A stretch of DNA of 64,000 bases from NCBI GenBank assembly GCA_049969675.1, contig JBMFOP010000002.1, forward strand, positions 758 through 64,757. Reading direction: 5' to 3'. The stretch is from Myxococcota bacterium. GTDB lineage: Bacteria; Myxococcota; SpSt-1050. The notes under the pieces are model-generated. The model made no database searches. It was not told the DNA's origin and was given only the letters and a program-made list of their open reading frames with translations. The position numbers and the translations under genes are program-made. Shown here piece by piece: positions 55,939-64,000 of the stretch (its first letter is position 1; every line of letters starts with the position of its first letter).

Positions 55939-56238
55939 TTAGAGGTCTGAGACCGAACCTAAGATCTTATTCTTAAAATCCTCTCTATATTTGATCAGAT
56001 TCTGATGTTTAACCTTTGCAGCGCTCTGAATATATTCACCATCGGGCTTTGTAAGGTCTCCAGTAATCAGGTCATCTTCAAAGTCATAGACCGTCTTCTT
56101 CTTATATAGAGTTTGCCCATCTGAGACGGTTGCATTCTCCTCTTCGTCTGCGAAACTTAATTGAGAATTCAGAAGAAATATTATGGCAAAGACAATTGAG
56201 AGGAAAAAAAGTCTCTTCATCATACTACCTCCAGACAA
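55939..56238 (-). CDS. Small periplasmic protein (GltF/NfsF-like position)
   Basis: Signal peptide (MKRLFFLSIVFAIIFLLNSQLSFA). ~75-aa mature acidic protein with no recognisable motif. Sits between the TPR genes and the FHA/TonB-C gene, as gltF does. Confidence 0.4.
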   Translation of the reverse strand: MSGGSMMKRLFFLSIVFAIIFLLNSQLSFADEEENATVSDGQTLYKKKTVYDFEDDLITGDLTKPDGEYIQSAAKVKHQNLIKYREDFKNKILGSVSDL

Positions 56239-56283
56239 TTACTATTATAACACCATACCCTTATTAATTCAAATAGTATTATT

Positions 56284-58311
56284 TTATTCATCCTCATCTC
56301 CGTTTGATTGTGGATTCTTTGTGGATTCTGACTTTACCCCTTCAGACGGTTTATCCTCACCCTTTTTCTCTTCTGGTTTCTGCTCTGTCTTCTTTTCCTC
56401 TGCCGGCGGCTGTTGTGTCTGCGCTGTAGATTGCGGAGTATTTTCTCCCTTCGATGTCCCTTCCAGCGGTTTTGGTGGTACTACCTGCTGTTCTGGGAGT
56501 GCCGACTTCTTAGACTCTGCCTCTGCCTTTTTCTTTTGTTCCTCTTCTGCCTTCTTCTGTGCCTCTTCTGCCTTCTTAGCCTTTTCCTCCGCCTTCCTCT
56601 TCTCCTCTTCAGCCTTCTTCCTCGCCTCCTCTTCAGCCTTCTTCTTAGCCTCTTCCTCTGCCTTCTTCTTCTCCTCCAGAACCTTCTGTGCATACTGAGT
56701 CATTGTCTCTGAGTATATCTTCTCAGCCGCCTTCGGAGCCTGATCCATAGCAAGCTGCTCAAGTACATCTTTATTCAACATCTGCAATAAATTCTTCTTG
56801 AAAAATTGATATGCCATCTCTGGAAGCATCTTCCTTGCCTGATCCGGGATTGTCTTCTTATCTGTAATCTTGAAAGATGCCTGAATGATATCAGCCTCTA
56901 TCGCCTCTGGTGCCACAGCATATATCTCCTCTTTTAGAGTCTTATCCACCTGCTCAAGGATCGCCTTTCTCACAGCAGTAAATGAATCCAGTATAACCTT
57001 ATCACGAATATCCTTCTCAGCCTTCTTATCATCCATAGGCTTTACAAGTTTTGCAACTGTCTTCTCACATGCCTTTCTAATTGGGGGGTCAAGTATCTCT
57101 GACAGTACCTTATTGTAAGCCTCCTCTACAGCCTTATCCTTATCCTTCTCTATCGCCTGATTTACGAGCGCCATTCTCTCCTCTTTGTCCTTTGCATCCT
57201 TTGCAAGGGCTGCCTTCTCTTTTACTTCCTTAATATATTGATATACAGGGTCCTTCATCCCGAGAGCCGTCCCCATTGTAGTCTTATACATCTCAAACCA
57301 CCTGATAGCCTCATCATAATTTTCATACCCTTTGTACATCAAGATCCCCATATTCATCATAGCAGCAGTGTCCTTCGGGTCAAGTTTCAGCATTGTCTCA
57401 TAGGTTCTCTTTGCATCCTCAAATTGTTTCTTTCCTCTGTACGCGACTGCCAGCCCCAAAAGGGCATCCCTATTTCTCGGTTCATAACTCAGGACCTCTG
57501 TAAACTGCTTTATAGCGCCGTCATAATTACTATACTTTAGTGCAATTGCCCCGATATTCATCTTGGCATCTATCATATCCTTCTTAAGGCTTACCACCTT
57601 CACAAACTGATTCAAAGCGCCAGATTCATCATCCAACTTCAAGAGAATCATCCCAAGGATATTATTCAGGCCCGGGTCGTTTGCATCTATCTTAAGACCT
57701 TGAATACAGGTGAGCCTTGCGAGTTGAAATTTATTTGCATCGTAATATATCATCGAGAGGACTCTATATGCCTCAAGATTTGTCGGGTCAAATCTAAGGG
57801 CCTTTCTACAGTACTTAATTGCCTCGTCAGCTTTATTCTGCTCCTTATAAATGGATGCCAGAATTACATTGTATCTTGCAGATTTCTCATCTTTCTTTAG
57901 CAAAGCCTTTGCAACCTCAATCGCCTGATTAAGCTTCTTCGCCTTACGATACACATTTATCAAATTTTCTGCAGCAATATCCATCTTTAAGGAAGCCATT
58001 TTATAATATTTTTCTGCATTATCCAGATCTCCCTTCTTCTCATACAGAAATCCGAGATTGTAATAGACCTCCGGGATAGAGGCACCAGAAGATTCAAACG
58101 ACTTAAATCTTGAAATCAGTTCATCATAGTTTATTACACCAGATGCCTCCTGTTCCTTATATAGTGCTACCGCAGATTCAAAATCAGACTGACTGACACT
58201 GAGAGAAACAGACTTTGCAGGTTGAACTGCTGCCTCCCTTGTCTTACCCGGACATCCTGCTATAACAAATGCAATCAATATTATAAAAGATGCAATATAC
58301 ACCTTATTCAT
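56284..58311 (-). CDS. TPR-repeat lipoprotein with K/E/A-rich charged C-terminal tail (GltE/NfsE-like position)
   Basis: Start set at MNKVYIASFIILIAFVIAGC (lipobox). The Arg-rich 40-aa extension in the ORF track is an out-of-frame read-through artefact. Multiple TPR units. C-terminal ~120 aa of (E/K/A)n repeats. Confidence 0.6.
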   Translation of the reverse strand: MNKVYIASFIILIAFVIAGCPGKTREAAVQPAKSVSLSVSQSDFESAVALYKEQEASGVINYDELISRFKSFESSGASIPEVYYNLGFLYEKKGDLDNAEKYYKMASLKMDIAAENLINVYRKAKKLNQAIEVAKALLKKDEKSARYNVILASIYKEQNKADEAIKYCRKALRFDPTNLEAYRVLSMIYYDANKFQLARLTCIQGLKIDANDPGLNNILGMILLKLDDESGALNQFVKVVSLKKDMIDAKMNIGAIALKYSNYDGAIKQFTEVLSYEPRNRDALLGLAVAYRGKKQFEDAKRTYETMLKLDPKDTAAMMNMGILMYKGYENYDEAIRWFEMYKTTMGTALGMKDPVYQYIKEVKEKAALAKDAKDKEERMALVNQAIEKDKDKAVEEAYNKVLSEILDPPIRKACEKTVAKLVKPMDDKKAEKDIRDKVILDSFTAVRKAILEQVDKTLKEEIYAVAPEAIEADIIQASFKITDKKTIPDQARKMLPEMAYQFFKKNLLQMLNKDVLEQLAMDQAPKAAEKIYSETMTQYAQKVLEEKKKAEEEAKKKAEEEARKKAEEEKRKAEEKAKKAEEAQKKAEEEQKKKAEAESKKSALPEQQVVPPKPLEGTSKGENTPQSTAQTQQPPAEEKKTEQKPEEKKGEDKPSEGVKSESTKNPQSNGDEDE
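56480..56700 (-). repeat. Low-complexity GCC/TTC/CTT-rich DNA encoding an (E/K/A)n tail
   Basis: Repeated gccttcttc / ctcttcagcc units on the + strand, encoding EEKKKAEEEAKKKAEEEARKKAEEEKRKAEEKAKK on the - strand. Generates spurious antisense ORFs. Confidence 0.6.
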
Positions 58312-61300
58312 TGCCTTCCTCCTCCGTCTTTGAATCACCCTTCTCCTCCATAGTACCTCCCTCCCTTTCTGGCTCTGCCTCCTTCTTTGTCTTTTCGCCC
58401 TTCTTCTCCTCCGTCTTCTGCCCCATCTCATCTACATTCTTCTGTTCTACCTGTTTTGGCTTCTCTATCTCCTTCTTCTGTGTCCTCATCTCTTTTACCC
58501 TCTTATCCCAGTCAAACGCCATCGCAAATGGATTTGATTCAAGAACCTGTCTGAAATTATCGGGCTTTGGCTTTATCTCATCTCCAGATGGATACTCCTG
58601 TGGTCTCAACTCGTAAAGTCTCTTTAAAGACTCAACAGACCAATTATTAAAGACACCCAACTCAGAGGATTTTGAGAGGGCTGCCTGATAATGTGCAACC
58701 GCCTTCTCCTCAAGTGGCATGGTCTGTTCACGAATCATCTGCTTATAGAGGTCTTTCTGTTGTTTGGTCTTTAACTCTTTCGGAATCGGCATCTCCAGAA
58801 AGCCCTTGATAAACTTCTCGTATGCCTCTCCAATCTTATATAAACTGGCTATAGCCCATTCTGCCACTTTGATATTTACTATATCTGCATATGCCTTATA
58901 GACCTTCTCCATCGCCTTTGTCTTGTCGGCAAATCTCTTCTTAAATGTAGCCTCAGGCATCTCCAGTTTAATGGCATCAAACTGAGCAAATACCGGGGCT
59001 ACCATAATAAATTTTGCGTGTGCAACTGCCTCTAACGCCTCAGGTGTAAATTTGTCCTTTTCCTTGCTCTTATCATAAATCTTGATTGCCTGTTCAAATT
59101 TCTTCTCAGCCTCTTTCTGATTTCCAAGTTCTCTTAGCAGCAAGCCCTGTTTTACTATGATTGGGATGAGTTTATTTACATCTGATTTTGAATACTTCTT
59201 CTCATACTCCTGATATACCTCAAGCTCCTTCTTCTTGTCTTTCATAATATTGTAAATCTTCGCTATTGAGAGATGAACCTCTGGTATATCAGACTCCCTC
59301 GGATAATCCTTTATATACTTCCTTCTCGCATCAATCGCCTCCTGATACATATCAAGTCCCAATAAATATGTACCTGCGTTGAAGAGGGCCGTCGGCGCAT
59401 CCTTCTCTTTCGGGAACATCTCTACAAATTTTAGATAGTATTTTGCTGCATTTTCATAGTCTGCCTCATCTCTGTATGACTCAGCAACGGAGTATAAGGT
59501 CTTTGGTGCAAGTGAGGATTTGGGATATTTTTCCACAAGTAGTATCCTCATCTTAATAGAGTCTTCAAACTTCTGTGCCTTACTATAATTGGCAGCCGCA
59601 TTATAGAGTGCTGTATCAGCCATCTTTGTATCCGGAAATTCCTGCTGGAATTCATAATACTTTTTTGCAGCGACCTCATACTCCCCTTTCTTTTCATAAT
59701 CTTCAATCAGTTTGAATGCCGATTCGGCGACGAGCCTCTTTAGGTCCTCAAGCACTTTCCCCTTGGCAATCTTCGGGTTCTTTAAAAATTCGCGAGTCCA
59801 TTTATTTAGTTCTGCCCAGTTCTGAGCAAGGTTAAATGAGTCCAGAATCAGATTTACTGCGTATTCTGCTACCTTGCTATCCGGATACTTTAGAGCCACA
59901 TCCGCAAATAATCTATTCGCCTCCTTAAAGTAGTTGTATGAATAAAATAAATAACCTATCTCGTATGTAATATCTGGCAATCTCTCTTTATGCTCATTCC
60001 ACTTGTCCATAGAGAGTTTGGGTGGCTTCTTGTCGGCTACGAGGATACCAATATATTTCTGCATTGCATCAATCCTCTTCTTCTGTATCGGTGGCATCTC
60101 AACTGGTGTCTTAATCTTTGCCGATGGCAATTTTACTCCCTTTGCGGCATTCTTATATGAGATTATCGCTGAATGTATTGCATCCAGATTCAATTCGCCC
60201 TTCGGGTCCATCTTTACCACTTTCAGATATGCATCTCCGGCACTCTCCCATTTCTGCAGTTTGTAAAGTAATTCAGCGTAGTAGAAATTGAGGGTATAGG
60301 CATCTTTGGCATTTGGAAACAATTCAAGATAGTCGCCATAGAGCTCGTGTGCCATAAAATAGGTCTTCTGCTGTCCGGTCTTCTTCGCCTCATTATGATA
60401 GGTCGTTGCAAGCTTTCGTAAGAGTGACTCTGTCAACTCCTCTGCCTCTTTATAATTCTTCGCCATCTCCTCAAGTCTCTTCTTCTCCTGTACATCAGTG
60501 GTCTGTTCTATTAATTTCTTCTCCGGTACCTTTGACCTGATATTTTTGAACATATCCACGAGAACCCTTGCCTCTTCCACGGCCTGTCTCTTATTTGCCA
60601 TCCTGTCGTATGACTCCACAATCCTTGCCTGATAGGTAAGATTCCTCATATCGTCAGGCTTTTCAGAAATCAGTAATTTATGAATCTCCACTGCCTCCCT
60701 ATCCTTTCCCTGATCAAAGAGTAGCTGTGCCAGTGTCCTTATCATATCCAGATACTTCTCGGGCCCGGCGATCCTCAGAAAACGTTCCTTGGCATCGCTC
60801 ACATTTCCAGCATTTGAGTATGTAAGGACGAAATCCTTCATCGCCTCCTTCTGAAGTGTAAGTTTATTCTCTTTATTCTCTTCCACATTGGTAAGGGAGT
60901 ATGTAATCACCTTTTCAAAGACATCCAGTGCCCTATCCCACTCTCCAAGGTTATAATAGACCCACGCCATTTTATACATTGCATATCCATATACCCTTGC
61001 GCTCTCATCCTTTGCTGCCCTCTTATATGCCTCTATTGCCCTCTGCAAATCACCTTTATTGAAATAATATTCACCAAAACTCACATAGGCATCCGGGACA
61101 TATTTTGATTCTGGATAGTCCTTTATCAAAGTCCTGTACATCTTGAGTGCCTCTTCCTGCTGTCCCATCTCCATCAGATTAAATCCATAATAAAAATATA
61201 CCTCATCTATCCTCGGATAGTTTGGGTATTTGTCAATCAGGGTCTTATACATCTCCAGCGCCCTGGTTCTGAAATTCTCCTGTTGCTTTTTTAGTGCCTC

Positions 61301-61678
61301 CTTCTCCTTCTGAATCATCTTCAATTTTTCTGGCTGTTTTTCATATTTTACCTCCTCGGAGGTCTTTTCCATAATCTTCATCCATCTAAATTTTGCCTTC
61401 TCACTGTATATCTCTGCCATCCTGAACAGGATCTTTGGCTTTTCCTCATCCGAGACTCCTAACTTGAGCATACGGTTCATCGTCTCAAGCTCCTTATCCC
61501 TGATCTCCTCCATCTCTGTGCCCACCTGAAAGAATTGGTCTTCAAACTTTAAATCCGGCCTCACCTGTTCCTGAGGCTTCTGAGCACCTTTCCCCTTCTT
61601 CTGTGCAAATAGAGGAATAGAAGTAAAACTCAGAATAATAAATCCAGCCGTCAATAAACAAACTATTTTCTTCATCAA
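58304..61678 (-). CDS. Large (1124 aa) TPR-repeat exported protein (GltD/AgmU/NfsD-like position)
   Basis: Signal peptide (MMKKIVCLLTAGFIILSFTSIPLFA). TPR units along the whole length. Charged K/E-rich N- and C-terminal segments. Confidence 0.6.
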   Translation of the reverse strand: MMKKIVCLLTAGFIILSFTSIPLFAQKKGKGAQKPQEQVRPDLKFEDQFFQVGTEMEEIRDKELETMNRMLKLGVSDEEKPKILFRMAEIYSEKAKFRWMKIMEKTSEEVKYEKQPEKLKMIQKEKEALKKQQENFRTRALEMYKTLIDKYPNYPRIDEVYFYYGFNLMEMGQQEEALKMYRTLIKDYPESKYVPDAYVSFGEYYFNKGDLQRAIEAYKRAAKDESARVYGYAMYKMAWVYYNLGEWDRALDVFEKVITYSLTNVEENKENKLTLQKEAMKDFVLTYSNAGNVSDAKERFLRIAGPEKYLDMIRTLAQLLFDQGKDREAVEIHKLLISEKPDDMRNLTYQARIVESYDRMANKRQAVEEARVLVDMFKNIRSKVPEKKLIEQTTDVQEKKRLEEMAKNYKEAEELTESLLRKLATTYHNEAKKTGQQKTYFMAHELYGDYLELFPNAKDAYTLNFYYAELLYKLQKWESAGDAYLKVVKMDPKGELNLDAIHSAIISYKNAAKGVKLPSAKIKTPVEMPPIQKKRIDAMQKYIGILVADKKPPKLSMDKWNEHKERLPDITYEIGYLFYSYNYFKEANRLFADVALKYPDSKVAEYAVNLILDSFNLAQNWAELNKWTREFLKNPKIAKGKVLEDLKRLVAESAFKLIEDYEKKGEYEVAAKKYYEFQQEFPDTKMADTALYNAAANYSKAQKFEDSIKMRILLVEKYPKSSLAPKTLYSVAESYRDEADYENAAKYYLKFVEMFPKEKDAPTALFNAGTYLLGLDMYQEAIDARRKYIKDYPRESDIPEVHLSIAKIYNIMKDKKKELEVYQEYEKKYSKSDVNKLIPIIVKQGLLLRELGNQKEAEKKFEQAIKIYDKSKEKDKFTPEALEAVAHAKFIMVAPVFAQFDAIKLEMPEATFKKRFADKTKAMEKVYKAYADIVNIKVAEWAIASLYKIGEAYEKFIKGFLEMPIPKELKTKQQKDLYKQMIREQTMPLEEKAVAHYQAALSKSSELGVFNNWSVESLKRLYELRPQEYPSGDEIKPKPDNFRQVLESNPFAMAFDWDKRVKEMRTQKKEIEKPKQVEQKNVDEMGQKTEEKKGEKTKKEAEPEREGGTMEEKGDSKTEEEGNE

Positions 61679-61731
61679 CAGACCTCCATAATCGGCAACC
61701 CCTCAGAGAGAGGATGCAAAACCATTTGATA

Positions 61732-63555
61732 TCATTTATTACACCCTTTTAGCATAGTGTAATGATATGTGCCAAGTTCATCCCGCCAGTACTCACCCTC
61801 ATAAGGCCAGTAGAGCTCATTATCTTCAGTTGCACCTGTGTACTTCTTGTTCAGTATCTGCACAGAGAAATCCTGCCCCTTGAGTTTGGATTCAAGCAGA
61901 TTCTTCTTGGCTGTCTCAACCTCAAGTTGAATTCTCAATGCCTGTTGAATTAGCTCCCTCAATTCATCTCTATGCAAAATAATAGAATCCTTCATAACAG
62001 CACCAGCCATTGACATCAACCTTCTCTTATCATTGGTCAAATCCGCTATCGCCTTCTTTGCAACCTGTGAATTTCTCCAGTATCCACTCTGCTTTGCAAT
62101 TGATTGAATCTCCTTATCTATCTGAGAAATCGCATCATTGTATCTCCTGGCAATCTTATTGCTCAGGACACTTGCCATAATCCTTCGCTTCATATCCGTC
62201 TTTGCTGTCTGCTCACCAATACTCATCTCCATCTTATGAAAATATTCGTAATACTTATCATCGTTCATCTTCTGAACTACAATCTTATTTAGCTCCTCAT
62301 AGAGATTCTGATATGTCTCCATAAATTCATCAACAAAGGACGCCGCCTCAGGATACCGACAGTTATCATAATAAATAACTGCCTTAATAATAGTCGCCTC
62401 AGGGAAGAATTCATCTTTAAAGAATGGAGATGAAAGCGTAATCAAGTTGCCCAGTGCCTTTTCATAATCCCCCATCCTGAAATATGCCCAGGAGGATTCA
62501 AAGAGAGATTCCAGCCAGTTGTCAGAATCCCTGCTTATCTTATTATAGTAATATACAGAATTCTTAAATTGCCCTGCCTGATAGTGTATTCTTGCCAGTT
62601 GTAAGAAGGCATTTTCCCTTAATTCTTCATCTACAACCAGGCCCTTTTTGGGATTTGTAAGTTTTACGACATCTCTAAAGACATTGACTGCATCCTGAAG
62701 TTTATTCTCTCTATATAGGATAATTCCCTCCAGATATCTCGCCTTCGGGAAGAGTGGAGAATTCTCTGCGATTCTATTTATCATCACCCTCGCAGAGGCA
62801 AAATCATCCTTTTCGTAATAATATTTTGCGAGCAGGAAGTGAGATTGATCCCTATATTTTGCAGGGAAGTCTACATCGGGATATCTGGATAGAGCCTGTA
62901 ATAAAGATGAGTCATCCGATAATTTCTGGCTAATAAAGATTCCCCACTCAATAGATGACTGGAAGAATCTGTGAGCGGTTCCCTTATTAATAATCTGCAC
63001 AAAATAATTGAGTGAGGCATAATATTTTTTCATACGATAAAGGGCTTTGGCAATATTATATTCCGCTGCCTGATGAAACTCCATATTCTTTGGGTCTGCT
63101 AAAATCTCATAAAAAAGTATTGTGGCGTTCTGAAACTCACCCTGTTTCATAAGAGAGAGGGCCTTATCCATCTTCGCCTTGTCCGCTGCCTGAGTGGTCC
63201 CGAGTTCAAGTGCATCAAATGTAATTGCACCCCTGAATGCAGGTTGAATCGCCGGTTTTTTCTCCTCTAAGGGTGGGGCAACAACAGCCTTCCCTTTATC
63301 GGGTTTTGAGGGCATCAACTCCTCTGGAACCGCTGATGGCACCTCCTCTTTAGGAGCCACTGATGGCTTCTCCTCTGCTGCCTTCTCTCTCCCCTTCTTT
63401 GCCTTCTTTTCCTTTGGAGCCTTCTTCGGTGCCTCCTTCTTGGGCGCCGCCTCGTCCATATCCAGATCCAGTCCCTCAAACTTTATCTGTCCATACGAAG
63501 AGAGGCAGAAGAGAAAGGAGAACGCAAAAATAAATATACTCTTAAATCTTATCAT
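61732..63555 (-). CDS. TPR-repeat exported protein, 607 aa (GltC/NfsC-like position)
   Basis: Signal peptide (MIRFKSIFIFAFSFLFCLSSYG). K/E/P/A-rich low-complexity region followed by TPR units. Confidence 0.6.
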   Translation of the reverse strand: MIRFKSIFIFAFSFLFCLSSYGQIKFEGLDLDMDEAAPKKEAPKKAPKEKKAKKGREKAAEEKPSVAPKEEVPSAVPEELMPSKPDKGKAVVAPPLEEKKPAIQPAFRGAITFDALELGTTQAADKAKMDKALSLMKQGEFQNATILFYEILADPKNMEFHQAAEYNIAKALYRMKKYYASLNYFVQIINKGTAHRFFQSSIEWGIFISQKLSDDSSLLQALSRYPDVDFPAKYRDQSHFLLAKYYYEKDDFASARVMINRIAENSPLFPKARYLEGIILYRENKLQDAVNVFRDVVKLTNPKKGLVVDEELRENAFLQLARIHYQAGQFKNSVYYYNKISRDSDNWLESLFESSWAYFRMGDYEKALGNLITLSSPFFKDEFFPEATIIKAVIYYDNCRYPEAASFVDEFMETYQNLYEELNKIVVQKMNDDKYYEYFHKMEMSIGEQTAKTDMKRRIMASVLSNKIARRYNDAISQIDKEIQSIAKQSGYWRNSQVAKKAIADLTNDKRRLMSMAGAVMKDSIILHRDELRELIQQALRIQLEVETAKKNLLESKLKGQDFSVQILNKKYTGATEDNELYWPYEGEYWRDELGTYHYTMLKGCNK

Positions 63556-63598
63556 CTCTTTCTACTCCTTAATAATCAGTAAAAAGTGAATGTCAAAA

Positions 63599-64000
63599 TC
63601 ATAACTCCTCTTCAAACTGCATCGGGAAGTAGATTCCTACTCCAACAAGACCAAGTATGTGATTCTGAATATCTGTGATACCATCAGGATAATATTTTGG
63701 TTTGAGGTCCATCGTATAAATAATGTCTTTGAGCTCAAATTTCAAAACCAGCCATCTTGAAAGGAATATCCTCTCCCCAATACCTACAGAGCTCATAAAC
63801 CTGATTCCACCCATATCCTTCTCAACTCTATTGCTTAAATCACCTTCCCAGCCCCTGTACTCAACGCCCACCACCCCAAAGTTGAGTGAGATGAAAGAAT
63901 CAAAGTGCACAATCAAATCTGAAAGGAAGCTGACCTTTCCGTATATCGGGGACCAGCTCGCCCCACCAGATGCAAAATACTTCATCTTCCCCATCTCCGG
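63599..64000 (-). CDS. Hypothetical protein, C-terminal part (gene continues beyond window edge); possible outer-membrane beta-barrel (GltB/A-like position)
   Basis: Reading frame stays open upstream of the Met at 63994. Alternating hydrophobic pattern (SFISLNFGVVGVEY ... GIRFMSSVGIG ... LVLKFEL). Weak evidence. Confidence 0.3.
   Translation of the reverse strand, partial: PEMGKMKYFASGGASWSPIYGKVSFLSDLIVHFDSFISLNFGVVGVEYRGWEGDLSNRVEKDMGGIRFMSSVGIGERIFLSRWLVLKFELKDIIYTMDLKPKYYPDGITDIQNHILGLVGVGIYFPMQFEEEL

Noticed and set aside
56183-56712. Three overlapping ORFs (56183-56698 +, 56413-56712 +, 56481-56693 -) with Ser/Phe/Leu/Cys- or Arg-rich low-complexity translations
   Set aside because: They lie entirely within the GCC/TTC simple-repeat DNA that encodes the K/E/A tail of the 56284-58311 TPR protein. 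They are antisense or off-frame artefacts of low-complexity sequence.
58312-58431. Arg-rich 40-aa N-terminal extension (MRWGRRRRRRRAKRQRRR...) of the ORF 56284-58431
   Set aside because: The extension overlaps the 3' end of the upstream TPR gene in another frame. A proper lipoprotein signal peptide begins at Met41 (MNKVYIASFIILIAFVIAGC), so the start was moved to 58311.
1-64000. CRISPR arrays, rRNA/tRNA genes, alternative genetic code
   Set aside because: No short regularly spaced repeats were seen. No tRNA-like sequences were recognised. TGA, TAA and TAG all terminate well-supported conserved genes, so the standard code 11 applies.

Overview
AT-rich (by eye roughly 60% A+T) bacterial chromosomal window from a Gram-negative organism whose gene content resembles Myxococcota or Bdellovibrio-like lineages. 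It has many FHA-domain proteins, MopE-type Cys-rich repeat proteins and a Glt/Nfs-like envelope gene set. The genetic code is standard (TGA, TAA and TAG all used as stops). Gene density is high and many neighbours overlap by 4-8 bp, suggesting translational coupling. No tRNA, rRNA or CRISPR array was detected.

Housekeeping blocks:
- rpmH-rnpA-yidD-yidC-jag-mnmE.
- yceD-rpmF-(small Cys-rich protein)-acpP-rpiB-glyA-secA-aspC.
- rpmE-epmA.
- rplM-rpsI, with a textbook sigma70 promoter.

Accessory or lineage-specific blocks:
1. A Flp/Tad pilus segment (cpaB-tadB-tadC) directly followed by two membrane FHA proteins and an ECF sigma / zinc anti-sigma pair.
2. A decayed MntA/HepT-type nucleotidyltransferase toxin-antitoxin pair. 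One gene is frameshifted; the HepT gene carries an in-frame amber codon just before its RX4HXY motif.
3. An island with two tandem PMT_2/ArnT-family GT-C glycosyltransferase paralogs, a membrane protein, an IS (rve-type transposase) remnant, a GH2 glycosidase and a radical-SAM/TetR pair.
4. A cell-surface island between rpmE/epmA and rplM. It holds an ~1170-aa lipoprotein with about 8 MopE-like Cys-rich repeats plus a beta-propeller, a matrixin (M10) protease, a triplicated-domain lipoprotein, and a 2290-aa lipoprotein with three ~2-kb super-repeats, Ig-like domains and EF-hand-like calcium loops.
5. From 52.9 kb to the window end, a co-directional operon whose order and domain content matches the Myxococcus gltB/A-C-D-E-F-G-H (nfsA-H) gliding/sporulation envelope complex: beta-barrel, three TPR lipoproteins, a small periplasmic protein, an FHA + AgmX/PglI (TonB-C-like) protein, and a beta-barrel.

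All assignments rest on motif recognition by eye; no database search was run.
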